A stretch of 64,000 nucleotides of DNA from positions 32,099-96,098 of the forward strand of contig JAQGDQ010000782.1 of NCBI GenBank assembly GCA_030141605.1, given 5' to 3'. The notes under the pieces are model-generated. The model was not told the DNA's origin. It saw only the letters and a list, made by a program, of their open reading frames with translations, and ran no database searches. The stretch is from Tubiluchus corallicola (Eukaryota > Animalia > Priapulida). Position numbers and translations under genes: made by a program. Positions 38,131-50,431 of this stretch are shown here, piece by piece. Position 1 is the first letter of the stretch; every line of letters begins with the position of its first letter.

Positions 38131-38249
38131 GTTCATACCCAAAAATTTATATTCTTGGAAAGGGAAGTCATACGGAAGCTGCGATCCGAATCCAGCAGGA
38201 GCGGTGCTAGCTGACATGTACTGCGCAGAAGATATTGATGCAATTTTGG
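38131..38249 (+). CDS. Receptor GC exon 2 (RFIPKNLYSWKGKSYGSCDPNPAGAVLADMYCAEDIDAIL)
   Basis: tcttag acceptor, GTAAGT donor, 119 nt, phase 2-1. Joins to GPVCS in exon 3. Confidence 0.88.
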
Positions 38250-38869
38250 GTAAGTAAAGTCAACTCAATTCAATGTCAATTTAATTCAGTTCATTTTTTT
38301 TCATTTCGATTCGTTTATTTGTGTCGATGATCGCACTACATTACAGAGCAACGATAACAACTGCGATAACGACGACAACGACGACAACAACATTAATACC
38401 AGCAGTAGCATGCAACTCAACAGCAGCGGCAAAAACAACAGTCGCTGCAGCTGCTAAAACAAGAACAACAACAACAACAACAACAACAACAAGAACTACA
38501 ATGACAACAACCACAACCACCACCACCACCACCACAACAACAACGACGACGACGACGACGACAACGACACGACAACGACAACGACAACAACAACCGTTTC
38601 CCATGATAAAACAAATATAATAGGATTCTAGTAGTCTGCTACATGTCTGAGCTTGCATTGAAGCAGCAGGTGACCCACCTCCCCCCCCCCCCCCCAACCT
38701 AAGTGACGCCTACGAAGCCTATCACACGAAAACAATGAGTCCCTAACGAGTTTCGAACCCCTGACTCCATATTAGACCCTGAAATGAAATAAAATTGGTG
38801 TTTGACTGAGGCACATGAGGAAACAATTCTGTAGTTAGCGCATGCGCGCAATAACCCAGAGTTTAATGA

Positions 38870-39345
38870 CAAGAAAGGGGCACCTGAAGTAGATTTTAGA
38901 AAAATTGCCTTAAAAAATTATTTTACTATACAACAATTTTATACACATATCGTATTTGCGTTGAAAGGAATTTTCGTTTGTTATCATTTTAAATCTCTCG
39001 CAATCTTGTTCCGACAGCGCCATTACGTGACGTCACTACACAACGTAAATCATGGGAAGAAAAAGCAATGTTAAATTATGCCCCAAAAAACTTTCGGTGC
39101 AAATCTATATCACTTAGCATTTCACTTACCTGCTGGAAACACTTATGTAACTGGAAATAATAGTTTAAAATTTTCATGCCAATAGGCAAAATGTCGCCGA
39201 CTCACCTCCAGGGTGCGCCACCCACTAGCCAAAAAGGTATTTGTAATCTTATTGACGAGGTACAGTAATTTCAAATTTTACTAAATTAGCAACATGTATG
39301 CTACGAATGCTGTGATTATTTTTTCAAACTTTACTAAATCAAAAC
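38870..39345 (-). repeat. Interspersed repeat, inverted copy of about 9200-9660
   Basis: ATGTCGCCGACTCACCTCCAGGGTGCGCCAC is the near reverse complement of GTGGCGCACCCTGGTGGGCGAGTCAGCGACAT, and the flanks align. Confidence 0.65.
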
Positions 39346-40299
39346 TCGTTTCAAACGACCTGCCATTAAAATGGCTGCGCCTAACGGTCATGGCGGGAGT
39401 TTAAATTTACACGTTTTATACAGCGTTACCGCCGACGCAAGCCCTGTATACGAAAAGGTAATATGTAAGTGGTATAAAATTTCAACTCGAATTTTTAAGC
39501 CTTATGTAAGTGGAGGGTTTTCTTGTGCTTTAACTTACTTTGTCGAAGCCCACAAAATGCTCGAGATACTGGGAAGACACGTTATGAACGGATCTAATAA
39601 TAAATCCAATTAGTTGTATTGTCTTATAGCATTAGAAAGTCCCGACTCTAATGGATGTATTATCCTTTCTCGCACGTGATTTGTAGAAAAAGTCAAAATT
39701 ACAACTGACAGGATTACAACTGACAAAATTACAACTGACAAAATTACAACTGACAGGAGCAAATATTATTTTATGTACCCTTACACACACTGCAAGCTAA
39801 GATCCAGCTAAGAGCGCAGGCCTATTTGACGAGGATGCTTGTGGCGCGTTCGCAACATAGCTCGTTATCAAGGATCATCCTCCAAATCGAGGAGGTGCTG
39901 AACCAACAGAGGTGCTTCAATCAGATATTTCCACTGAAACGAGCACTTAAACCAACAGTCATTCACTCAGTCATTGAACAGGTTTGATGTGGCTTAATTT
40001 CAGTCGCCATACACGCCATTCAACTCGTTCTTTTCGCAGGATCAACCTTCTGCACTCTGAACAAGTGTCCAGTCCAGTCTCCGGAAGAACAGTGAATTCA
40101 TGTTTATCATTCTCAAACCACTTACGGTGCTCACGTGAAAATAGTTTTGCTGTATCCTCTTCTTTGACGATTGTGCCTCATTCCTGGATTTTGTTCTGCG
40201 CTGTACTGGTCTATTTCTGCTGTATTGTACTATACTCTAATAAAGCCTGTTTTGTAGTATAACCTACTAAAGCCTTTTTTGTATTATACTCTACAAAAG

Positions 40300-40905
40300 T
40301 CTATTTTGTACTATACTCTATTAACGTCTGTTTTGTACTGTTCTATACTGAAGTCTGTTTTGTATTGTTCTATACTGAAGTCTGTTTTGTACTGTTCTAT
40401 ACTGAAGTCTGTTTTGTATTGTTCTATACTGAAGTCTGTTTTGTACTGTTCTATACTGAAGTCTGTTTTGTACTGTTCTATACTGAAGTCTGTTTTGTAT
40501 TGTTCTATACTGATGTCTGTTTTGTATTGTTCTATACTGAAGTCTGTTTTGTGTTGTTCTGTACTGAAGTCTGCTTTGTATTGTGTCTGTACTGAAGTCT
40601 GTTTTGTGTTGTTCTGTACTGAAGTCTGTTTTGTACTGTTCTATACTGCAGTCTCTTTAGTACTGTTCTGTACTGAGGTCAGTTTTCTATTGTTCTGTGC
40701 TGAAAACTGTTTTGTATTGTTCTGTCCTGAAGTCTGTTTAGTACTGTTCTGTACTGCAGTCTGTTTTCTATTGTTCTATACTGAAGTCTGTTTTGTACTG
40801 TTCTATACTCAAGTCTGTTTTGTATTGTTCTATACTGAAGTCTGTTTTGTATTGTTCTGTACTGAAGTCTGTTTTGTATTGTTCTATACTCAAGTCTGTT
40901 TTGCA
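40300..40905. repeat. 27-bp minisatellite
   Basis: Unit TACTGAAGTCTGTTTTGTATTGTTCTA. Confidence 0.92.
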
Positions 40906-41286
40906 ATTCATTGTGCTCGTGTTTGTTTTGTACTAGATTGTATTGTTGCTTGCATTGTACTTCTTCTTCAAACTGTACGTTCAACAATAACAATCAAATG
41001 AACGGAAGTACGCACACATTCACTTAATTTGGGCAGTGATGACCAGTGTCCATGTTCGGTCTAGTTTGTCATCCAGACAGAATTTTGTCTGGAAATCAAA
41101 AAAATCAAACTATTTACTGCTTAAGTTTTACGTGGAATGCATATAATCGATAATCACATAATCGAATTCGTTCATGTATAAAACACATATATATTCACAT
41201 TTATATGTTAATTGCTGCAACAATCAATAATCGATTACGACGAAAACTGCAACAGTAAAGGCTAAACTTTTGAAACATTTTTCCAG

Positions 41287-41658
41287 GACCTGTTTGCAGC
41301 TCTGTTATGGAAGTATGCGGCCGGATGGCAGGCGTTTGGAACATTCCGATCTTTACCAGCGTTGGAACGCGTTCCCAGCTGGGAGACAAAGAAGATTTCC
41401 CCACCCTGACCAGACTCGGCTATCACGTCTCCAACGTAGCTGACTTCGTAGTTCGAGTATTGCAGTACTTCGAGTGGTACAACGTCGCCATCTTCTACGA
41501 CAAGCTCAGCAAGAGTACGTTTAACAATGCCGACAAGGTGTTCTCACTTCTGGGCGAGGATAGTCGTTATTCAGCTTATCTCTTTCGCTACTTTAGTTCC
41601 AGAGAGAGATTTCACGAGTATCCAGATGTTCTGAAGCAAGCCTCCAAAGTAGCAAGGG
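41287..41658 (+). CDS. Receptor GC exon 3 (GPVCSSVMEVCGRMAGVWNIPIFTS...FPTLTRLG...SKVAR)
   Basis: tttttccag acceptor, GTAAGC donor, 372 nt, phase 1-1, ANF-receptor motifs. Confidence 0.93.
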
Positions 41659-41787
41659 GTAAGCGATCAAACTTTACAGTTCTTGTTGTCAACAGGGTAG
41701 TTTCCTGCTGGAGACAGTGCAGAATAGCTAGAAATTTGCCAGAAGAAATTCACTGCCTGAGGAAGTTGCCCGCAGAATGACTGTAAA

Positions 41788-42267
41788 GTAAGTCCTCACT
41801 TAACGACACTAATGCATTCAAGCAAATTGTGACATAAAGCGAAACGTCGTTAAATGAAACCAAGCATTTTTAGAACGGAATAATGCAATTTGTACCGTCT
41901 TAATGCTTCAAATTGGGTAAAAAAAGTTGCTGTTAAAAAGAAAAATAACTGAATGAATAAAATGTGAGCACAGTAAAAGAATCGTCGCTAAATGAAACCT
42001 GCGTTGTTAAGTGAAAAAAGGCTGTTAGATGTTCAGCATTGTTACGTTGTTAAATGAAACCAAGCATTTTTAGAACAGAATAACAGAATAACGCAATTTG
42101 TACCATTTTAATGCTTCAAATTGGGTAAAAAAAAGTTGCAGTTAAAATGGAAAATAAATGAATGAATAAAATGTGAGCACAGTAAAAGAATCGTCGCTAA
42201 ATGAAACCTGTGTTGCTAAGTGAAAAAAGGCTGTTAAATGGGGAGTCGTTAGGTGAGAAGTTACTGC
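41788..42267. mobile_element. Tigger/pogo-like MITE with internal tandem duplication
   Basis: AGTAAGTCCTCACTTAACGAC ... GTCGTTAGGTGAGAAGTTACTG. A segment of about 200 bp is duplicated. Confidence 0.6.
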
Positions 42268-42979
42268 ACATTTTATCAGGGACATCTAGCATCACAGGTC
42301 TAGGAGAACCTCTGATGATTATGATTTTTCTTCATTTTTCATGTTAGACAACCAGTTTTCCACACATTTAATTCTTATTAACTCGTAAACCCAGAGAAAA
42401 GAGTAAAAAAATTTGCAGGTTAGATGCCCGAGTAGAGGCTTTGAAAGTAGTGTGATGAATGGTGACCACTGTCAAGAACACTGGACACCGGTCAGTTTTA
42501 GGTTGGAATTCATCTCCTCCTAAAGTTGCATTTATCTAGCATCTGGATGTGGATGCGTTTTCCACCTGAAGAAGAGGCTGCGGAAAAAAGTCAATAGGAA
42601 TATCTGCAGAAAGAGAATAACACACATGCAGGATGGATAAACGGGTGCAATGAAAACAATATAAATCGATTTTATCTATTCCGCACTCCTAAAACGCATC
42701 CAGATGCTACATAAACGCCACCTAAGGCACTAAATTTTTTGGCACTTCGATACGGCAGGGAAGATGTGTAACAAAGCACCACAATTTCGTCTCATAATTT
42801 CATTGGCCATTGCATCTGACGTCACCCCAACATGACGGTACTTTGATCTGGTGCTCTTTCATGCAGTGCACCTTAAATTGTAACTCGCGCATTTGTCATT
42901 GGATGGCGCTGCCCTTAATATTGGCATAAGGCCAACCATTTACACTTTTGCTTATGGTCACAACAATTTGTTCCAAATG

Positions 42980-43364
42980 AGCCTTTTCACAGTTTCGCTA
43001 TGTGCACGCGTAGTTGTTGTATGTTAAAGGTTAAACTTACCTTAACAAGACGTCTTAACTACAACAGTCACGCGACGTGTGGGTAAAGCAACGCCGCATG
43101 CCACATCAGTTCAGTAACATCAGTTGCTTTACGCCAGTTTACTTAATTATGCATTAGTCTGTGTGCAGAGGGATTTACTAGCAGGATCTTGCTTGGGAAC
43201 AAGAAAAATGAACTAGATAAGGTTCTAGCTAGCTGTTAAAACTGTTACTATTACAATAACATGGACTGCGAGGCTTTGTCAACTGTAGACAAATGTGTTG
43301 TCTGGTACATTTAACCTTTGACCTTTTCACGATCATCACAAATCGTTGGAACTGTGAAAAGGCT
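42980..43364 (+). mobile_element. TIR MITE family C, ending about 40 bp before the GC exon 4 acceptor
   Basis: AGCCTTTTCACAGTT ... AACTGTGAAAAGGCT. Confidence 0.78.
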
Positions 43365-43405
43365 CATTCTTGTTCTTCGGTGCACTAATTCAGCATTGCT
43401 TTCAG

Positions 43406-43584
43406 TGTTTTTCATTGTCTCCTGGGAAGTCGAAGAACTCAGAGAGCTGGTGATTACTGCGCATGCGTTGAACATGACACAGAGCGGCAAGTACATTTTT
43501 CTCACCCTTGAGTTACTTCGGCGGTCAGATCTGCTGTCCAGAACAAGATGGACGGACCCAATGGACACAGTTGAACGTAATCAG
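43406..43584 (+). CDS. Receptor GC exon 4 (VFFIVSWEVEELRELVITAHALNMTQSGKYIFLTLELL...ERNQ)
   Basis: ctttcag acceptor, GTAAGA donor, 179 nt, phase 1-0. Confidence 0.92.
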
Positions 43585-43782
43585 GTAAGAAAGAGTGGCA
43601 TGTCCCTAGTTGTCTTTATTCAAGATGGGTGGACCCAATGGACACAACTGAACGTAATCAGGTAAGAAAGAGTAGCATGTCCCTAGTTATCTTTATTCAA
43701 GATGGACGGACCCAATGGACACAACTGAACGTAATCAGGTAAGAAAGAGTAGCATGTCCCTAGTTATCTTTATTCAAGATGG
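43544..43782 (+). repeat. Tandem triplication (3 x 77 bp) of the GC exon 4 3' end and its splice donor
   Basis: CAAGATGG at 43544, 43621, 43698 and 43775. CAG|GTAAGA donors at 43585, 43662 and 43739. Confidence 0.93.
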
Positions 43783-44149
43783 GTTTCATATCAAAACACA
43801 ATTATAACAAAGGAAAAGTCTTATGCATTATTAGCAGGGTTAGATTATGATCTGTCAGGGTCCCTAGGCTTATGAAATATTGGGCCCCTCAGACGAACCC
43901 ACCCTCTAACTCGTCCACACCCTTCTTGAATATTTTTAACTCGCGATGTTATTTAGTGACATTTACATACCTTTAAATAAACTTATTGCAATTATTTAAT
44001 TAAACTAGAATAATCTTTTCATTTTCAATAAAAATTTTCCAAATACCACTATATTGCTATTTATTGGAAACCAAATTAGCAGATTTTCAACCTTAATTTT
44101 AGTGAAAAAAAACATTTTTTTACCAGATGTTACCAAAACTTGAGAGCCT

Positions 44150-45325
44150 CCAAGCTTGGGACACTAGGCTGCAACCTATGCTAACCTATAGGGTAATCCA
44201 ACCCTGCTCCCAAAGCTTGAGGGACTCTAGGCTGCAGCCTATACTAACCTATAGGGTAATCCAGCCCTGCTCCCAAAGCTTGAAGGACCCTAGGCTGCAG
44301 CCTATACTAGCCTATAGGGTAATCCAGCCCTGCTCCCAAAGCTTGAAGGACCCTAGGCTGTAGCCTATACTAACCTATAGGGTAATCCAGCCCTGCTCCC
44401 AAAGCTTGAAGGACCCTAGGCCGCAGCCTATACTAACCTATAGGGTAATCCAGGCCTGCTCCCAAAGCTTGAGGGACCCTAGGCCGCAGCCTATACTAAC
44501 CTATAGGGTAATCCAGGCCTGCTCCCAAAGCTTGAGGGACCCTAGGCCGCAGCCTATACTAACCTATAGGGTAATCCAGCCCTGCTCCCAAAACTTGAGG
44601 GACCCTAGGCCGCAGCCTATACTAACCTAAAGGGTAATCCAGGCCTGCTCCCAAAGCTTGAAGGACCCTAGGCCGCAGCCTATACTAACCTAAAGGGTAA
44701 TCCAGGCCTGCTCCCAAAGCTTGAAGGACCCTAGGCCGCAGCCTATACTAGCCTATAGGGTAATCCAGCCCTGCTCCCAAAGCTTGAAGGACCCTAGGCC
44801 GCAGCCTATACTAACCTAAAGGGTAATCCAGCCCTGCTCCCAAAGCTTGAAGGACCCTAGGCCGCAGCCTATACTAACCTATAGGGTAATCCAGGCCTGC
44901 TCCCAAAGCTTGAGGGACCCTAGGCCGCAGCCTATACTAACCTAAAGGGTAATCCAGCCCTGCTCCCAAAGCTTGAAGGACCCTAGGCCGCAGCCTATAC
45001 TAACCTATAGGGTAATCCAGGCCTGCTCCCAAAGCTTGAGGGACCCTAGGCCGCAGCCTATACTAACCTAAAGGGTAATCCAGGCCTGCTCCCAAAGCTT
45101 GAAGGACCCTAGGCCGCAGCCTATACTAACCTATAGGGTAATCCAGGCCTGCTCCCAAAGCTTGAGGGACCCTAGGCCGCAGCCTATACTAGCCTATAGG
45201 GTAATCCAGCCCTGCTCCCAAAGCTTGAGTGACCCTAGGCCGCAGCCTATACTAACCTATAGGGTAATCCAGCCCTGCTCCCAAAGCTTGAGGTACCCTA
45301 GGCCGCAGCCTATACTAGCCTATAG
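44150..45325. repeat. Minisatellite, about 18-19 x 63 bp
   Basis: Unit CAAAGCTTGARGGACCCTAGGCCGCAGCCTATACTAACCTATAGGGTAATCCAGSCCTGCTCC. Confidence 0.95.
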
Positions 45326-46140
45326 ATTTGATTTTGATTGATTGAATATCTTTATTGACATAAACATATGATAATAACAATGTAATAATTCATGTGTTAA
45401 TTAATACTGTAAAATGTTATTAAAGCTGTTTCCAGCCCACTTGGGCTTACAAGTCAATTTCATGAAAATTTATCACATAATAACTGTGCAGTTCATTTAC
45501 ATAGAATATCAAATAAAAAAAATATATATAATATGGAATTTTAACATATACCTGAATGGACAAGTCATGTATTAAATATATATCTTGCTTTGCCTCATTC
45601 TAAAAATCTTATAAGCATATTTTGCAGTCCTAAGGACATTCTCTTCTGACATAATATATTTCCATTTATTTACATTATCTAATTGTTCCATGTCCATGTT
45701 AATATCTTGGAAAAATTCTTCTCTCTCTAGTCTATAATGTGTACAAACAAACATAAAGTGAGATTCATCTTCTACATCTCCACAGCAACATATCTTACAC
45801 AAACGTTCACCAACCTTAACATTTCTAAACCTACCATGCTCCAGTTCCAGGGGAAGAGTACCACTTCTTAGCTTTGCAAGCACAGACCTGTATTTTCCTT
45901 GCATATTAATATAAACATATGGTTCTACTCCAAAGCTGTTCTTATACAATATATATGTTCTAAGTTTAGGGTAATCTGCATTTTTTGCTTTCCAATCAAC
46001 ACATTGTTTCTCATACAGCTGTGCCCATGCTCTGCTAAGAGGTACAGTATCCATATTAACAAAAGCTTGCTGGAACCCTGCTTCCTCTAGGACTTTAGAA
46101 ATTTCATATGACCAACCAACGTTGGTATTACGGTCCCAAA
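45326..46140 (-). mobile_element. 5'-truncated non-LTR retrotransposon, ORF2 C-terminus (RTEX/CR1-group like)
   Basis: KLRTY..EPY..RSVLAKLRSGTLPLELEHGR..RLCKICC..VEDESHFMFVC zinc-knuckle region. AATAAA plus a (TCAA)n tail at about 45326-45356. Confidence 0.85.
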
Positions 46141-46424
46141 GAAATAAACCAGGCCTAATTATTATTAAGTTCAGAAAAGGCCTCATTTTTCTGAACTGCA
46201 TAAAGTCATGACTATTGACACGTCTAGCAGCTGCATAGATTTTCACTTTCAACGATAACGAACTTTTCAGATTTTCGTCTAATTTGACTAAAACAATTGC
46301 CCGGGATTTTAGTTCATCTGCACCAATTTTCAAACGTTTTACTCTATTTGTTAAAAAAGAGTAGAAAACGTAAAGAGTATGGTGACTTATGGGACACCCT
46401 GTACTGCGTTGTATTATACTTTAG

Positions 46425-46562
46425 ATTGCGAAGGAAGCTTACCAAGCGCTTCTGACACTACGTCTAGCAGAACCTACCACTGATTCTTACATCGAGTTTA
46501 GAGACGAGTGTGAGAGGAGGTCACTAGAATATGGACTCGATTACTCAGCCACTAATACACGG
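46425..46562 (+). CDS. Receptor GC exon 5 (IAKEAYQALLTLRLAEPTTDSYIEFRDECERRS...)
   Basis: ctttag acceptor, GTATAA donor, 138 nt, phase 0-0, AKEAYQALL motif. Confidence 0.9.
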
Positions 46563-46659
46563 GTATAAACTTGGCTAAGAAAACTATTCTTGTCTTATCG
46601 AATATCATAACCAGCATTTTTCTGTATTCTTCAATGCACTTTTACAATCAGCATTATAG

Positions 46660-47045
46660 TCGTCATTATCATTGCCATCATTGTCGTCATCGTCATAGAT
46701 ATCACCATCATAGCTACTGTCATCAAAATTATTACCATCGTCGTCACCATTTCGTCATCATCAACACATTCATCATCATCATTACCATCATTATCACCAT
46801 CATCATTATCATCATCACAATCATCATTGTCGACATCATTTTCATCATCATCTTCATCATCATCATCATCATCGTTATTATTATTATCACCATCATCATC
46901 ACCATCACCAACATCATCATCATCATCATCATCATCATCACAATCACCGCTGTCGACATCGTCATCATCATCATTGTCGACATCATCATCATCATCATCA
47001 TCATCAACATCATCATCATCATCATCACTATAATTATAATCATTG
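46660..47045. repeat. (ATC)n microsatellite
   Basis: Direct reading. Confidence 0.95.
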
Positions 47046-47084
47046 TTATGTTATTGTATTTAATAATGATTGCATGTTTTCTAG

Positions 47085-47220
47085 GTATTTGTTGCCACAG
47101 TGGGTTTCCATGATGCATTGATCTTGTATTTCATTGGACTGAACAGAACGCTGGAAGCTGGGTACGACATTCATGACGGATTGGCCATGAGAAATTACAT
47201 GTGGAACACCTCGTTTGAAG
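47085..47220 (+). CDS. Receptor GC exon 6 (VFVATVGFHDALILYFIGLNRTLEAG...MWNTSFE)
   Basis: ttttctag acceptor, GT donor, 136 nt, phase 0-1. Confidence 0.92.
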
Positions 47221-47409
47221 GTTAAAAGAGAATAACATTTTACAATTTTACTCATTCCCTCCACGCCCACGCAGTTTTCTCTTTGTAAAAGGTATTTCAT
47301 ACTTGCTGATACAGAACGGCATCTTATGAGCAGCAAAGAACTCTTGGAATGGACAGCTTTATGTCGTCCAAATTTTATTCCCTCCAAGAGTAATAACGAC
47401 CATCTATTA

Positions 47410-47897
47410 CCTCGGTTCCCAATCTGGGGTACTAGCACCCCTTGGGGGTACCAGCGAACACCACAAGAGGTATCTCATAGAAGCCTCTTAGACAATTTTA
47501 AAACGTGTTTTATAAAAATCAGCGGGTGATTCAGACATCTCTGTCAACTGTGGCAACAATCTGTTGTTTTTGGTCAATGTCTTGACCACTGTCCACTGTA
47601 AAGCTTTCGGTGAGCTTTTTCCTGTGTGAAGCAGGCTTTTCAACGATGGTGACAATCAAGACAAACCTCTTTGACATCCACAGAGGCACGAGAGTTAGTG
47701 TTTCAAAAAGTGAACTGCTAGTCTCTTTGCAACAGAAGCCATCTCATTGAACTCTCGTATAGGAGCACTTGATTGGAGCAAAGAGTATAATATATAAATA
47801 ACATCAGTGTTGGTTCTTCATTTTTGATTATGGCGGGCAAAGGGGTGCCAGGAAAAAATTAGGGGTACGTGGAGTCCGAAAGGTTGTTAACCGAGGA
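47410..47897 (+). mobile_element. hAT-Charlie deletion derivative with transposase C-terminal remnant
   Basis: GGTTCCCAATCTGGGGTAC ... GGGGTACG..AAGGTTGTTAACC ends. Remnant CEAGFSTMVTIKT...PSH*. Confidence 0.65.
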
Positions 47898-48241
47898 TGT
47901 AATATAATAAGTGCTCGCTTAACGATGCTAATGTGCTTTAGAAAAACCGGACATTAAGCGAAATTTGCTAAAGGACATCAGAAATTCCATAGGAAGTACA
48001 TGGAGTCCAAAAGGTTAGGAACGGAGGATGTAATATAATAAGACCTCACTTAACGATGCTAATGCACTTTAGAAGAATCTGACATTAAGTGAAACTCGCT
48101 AAAGGACATCAGAAATTCCATAGGAAGTACATGGTGTCCAAAAGGTTGGCAACCGGGGCTCTACGATCTCCTTACCACATAGTCGTTTGCATTTATTTAA
48201 ACACAAAAGATCAGTTGTTTCGACTACTTTTGTCTGTGTAG

Positions 48242-48336
48242 GTGTGGCCGGCACGGTGGTTATTAACGATAATGGTGACAGAGAGTTTGATTTTGAAGTT
48301 TTGTCGATGACCGATCAACATGCTGGCACTTTTGAG
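48242..48336 (+). CDS. Receptor GC exon 7 (GVAGTVVINDNGDREFDFEVLSMTDQHAGTFE)
   Basis: tgtag acceptor, GTACGT donor, 95 nt, phase 1-0, NGDR motif. Confidence 0.93.
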
Positions 48337-48491
48337 GTACGTAACTTCTACCACCAGAGTAAGTACCTCCCATTACTCAAGGCGGCTCAATAACTTAAAT
48401 GATCTGACATTTGTTTACTTAAAAATGGGAAAAAAATGCAATTTGAAAGCATGTTTTATTTTCAGAAAAAAAAACACAAAAATTTATATTA

Positions 48492-48951
48492 CCGTATTTT
48501 CCCGTGTATAAGAGACCCTTTTTTGCTCAGAATTTTCACTTTAAAAACAGGGGGTCTCTTATACATGGGAGTAAGACTTTTCAATAAGATGCAAAAATTG
48601 TGACACTAATGATATTAAAGAAATAAGTGCTCTACAAGTGCCTCAAGGCATGGAATGGTGTAAAGCCAGAGGTCATTATTAAATCTTTCAAGAAGTGTGG
48701 CATCTCCAATGCCATGGACGGCACAGAGGACAATGCCATTTTTGAGCAGAGTGACTCCTCTGATGATGAACTGGCTGGAATTGCTGAAGGTCTGACTCCA
48801 GTTGATATTTTTGATGAGAGTGATGAGGAATTTAATGATTTCTATGATGAATAAAGTTATTCATTACCAAAAAACTTTTTTCCAGAATTTTTGCCTAAAA
48901 ATTGAAGGGGTCTCTTATACACAAGGGTCTCTTATACACGGGAAAATACGG
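48492..48951 (+). mobile_element. pogo/Tigger-type MITE with transposase C-terminal remnant
   Basis: Perfect TIR CCGTATTTTCCCGTGTATAAGAGACCC, TA TSD, AWNGVKPEVIIKSFKKCGISNAMDGTED plus an acidic tail. Confidence 0.9.
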
Positions 48952-49614
48952 TACTTGGCACTACCCTTATCTGCCTGAAAGATTTACATAACTAGAAGAG
49001 AGAATTCTTTGCAATTTAAAATCTTGCGCAGGTAACTGGTAATTAACTCACATACATTAACTCACCTTTCCAGTGTGCACCACCGATTCACTAACAAAGT
49101 GAATACTTTTCCAGTTCGGCGAATACGTTACATCAGACAATAATGTGCTTAATATCAACAATTTCTTTATTTCAGTGGCAGGAATCCAATGCAGGTCATT
49201 TAGGAAAAAGTTTTTTTCACTTATCACACCAAATCGCTATTTTCCTGCTTCGTCAAAGGCCCCTGAACAAGAGAAAAACAACAAAGATAAAAAACTCACT
49301 TTGGCATGAATAGTCCCCGGCCTAAGCTAAAACACAAGAAAACCCTTTACACGAAGCTAAAAAATCGTCTAAAATACTTAAAAATGCATCGCCTACGCGC
49401 TGCTTTATTGTGTACAGAGCTTGTATAGCAGTAACGCTGTGTAAAACTTGTAAAATTAAACTCCGGCGATGACCGTTAGATGCAGCCACTTGTTGTGAGT
49501 TTTAATAAGCATTTCTAACCATGTTTAATTTACGTAAGTTTAAACAAATTCTGTTTGGTTGTTATTCATAATCGTTTTAAGAATCATTGTTTGCACCACA
49601 GAATTGTTTTAACA

Positions 49615-49960
49615 GTTCTGTTCTGCTCTATTCTGTTCCGTCCTGTTCCGTTCTATTCTATTCTATTCTATTCTATTCTATTCTATTCTATTCTATTCTA
49701 TTCTATTCTATTCTATTCTATTCTATTCCATTCCATCCTATTCCATTCTATTCTATTCTATTCCGTTCTGTTCCGTTCTATTTCATTCTATTCTATTCTG
49801 TTCTATTCTATTCTATTCTATTCTATTCTATTCTATTCTATTCTATTCTATTCTATTCTATTCTATTCTATTCTAATCCGTTCTGTTCCGTTCTATTCGA
49901 TACTGTTCTATTACTGTTTTGTTCTATTTTATGCTTTTCTGTTCTAGTCTATTCTATATT
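49615..49960. repeat. (TTCTA)n microsatellite
   Basis: Direct reading. Confidence 0.95.
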
Positions 49961-50179
49961 GATGCAAATACCTCACAAATATCATATTATTGTTACATAC
50001 TGATAAAAGCAACGATACTGTATATAACACGTAACACTATAAGATGTCATTAATTATATATTAAACTATCTTCCATGAATCTACCTAAAACTTAATTAAC
50101 GTTTATACATGGGAAAGGACCGGCAGAATACAGCTGATTACATAATTATTTTCATGGGAGAAGAAGGCTGCATAGAATA

Positions 50180-50431
50180 TATCTATGACACAAACACATT
50201 TACACTGTATCTATGACACAAACACATTTACACTGTATCTATGACACAAACACGTTTACACTGTATCTATGAAACAAACACATTTACACTGTATCTATGA
50301 CACAAACACGTTTACACTGTATCTATGAAACAAACACATTTACACTGTATCTATGACGCAAACACGTTTACACTGTATCTATGAAACAAACACATTTACA
50401 CTGTATCTATGACGCAAACACATTTACACTG
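50180..50431. repeat. Tandem repeat, about 9 x 28 bp
   Basis: Unit TATCTATGACACAAACACATTTACACTG. Confidence 0.92.

Noticed and set aside
40279-41001. 240-aa SVLYCSILK ORF
   Set aside because: A 27-bp minisatellite.
44150-45325. CRISPR-like array (also the 74-, 121-, 124- and 136-bp arrays and the 19-bp array)
   Set aside because: The units are head-to-tail with no unique spacers, there are no cas genes, and the context is a eukaryotic intron.
45572-46333. 253-aa host gene on the minus strand
   Set aside because: It is a LINE ORF2 C-terminus fused by chance to unrelated upstream sequence, with a LINE-type tail and 5' truncation.
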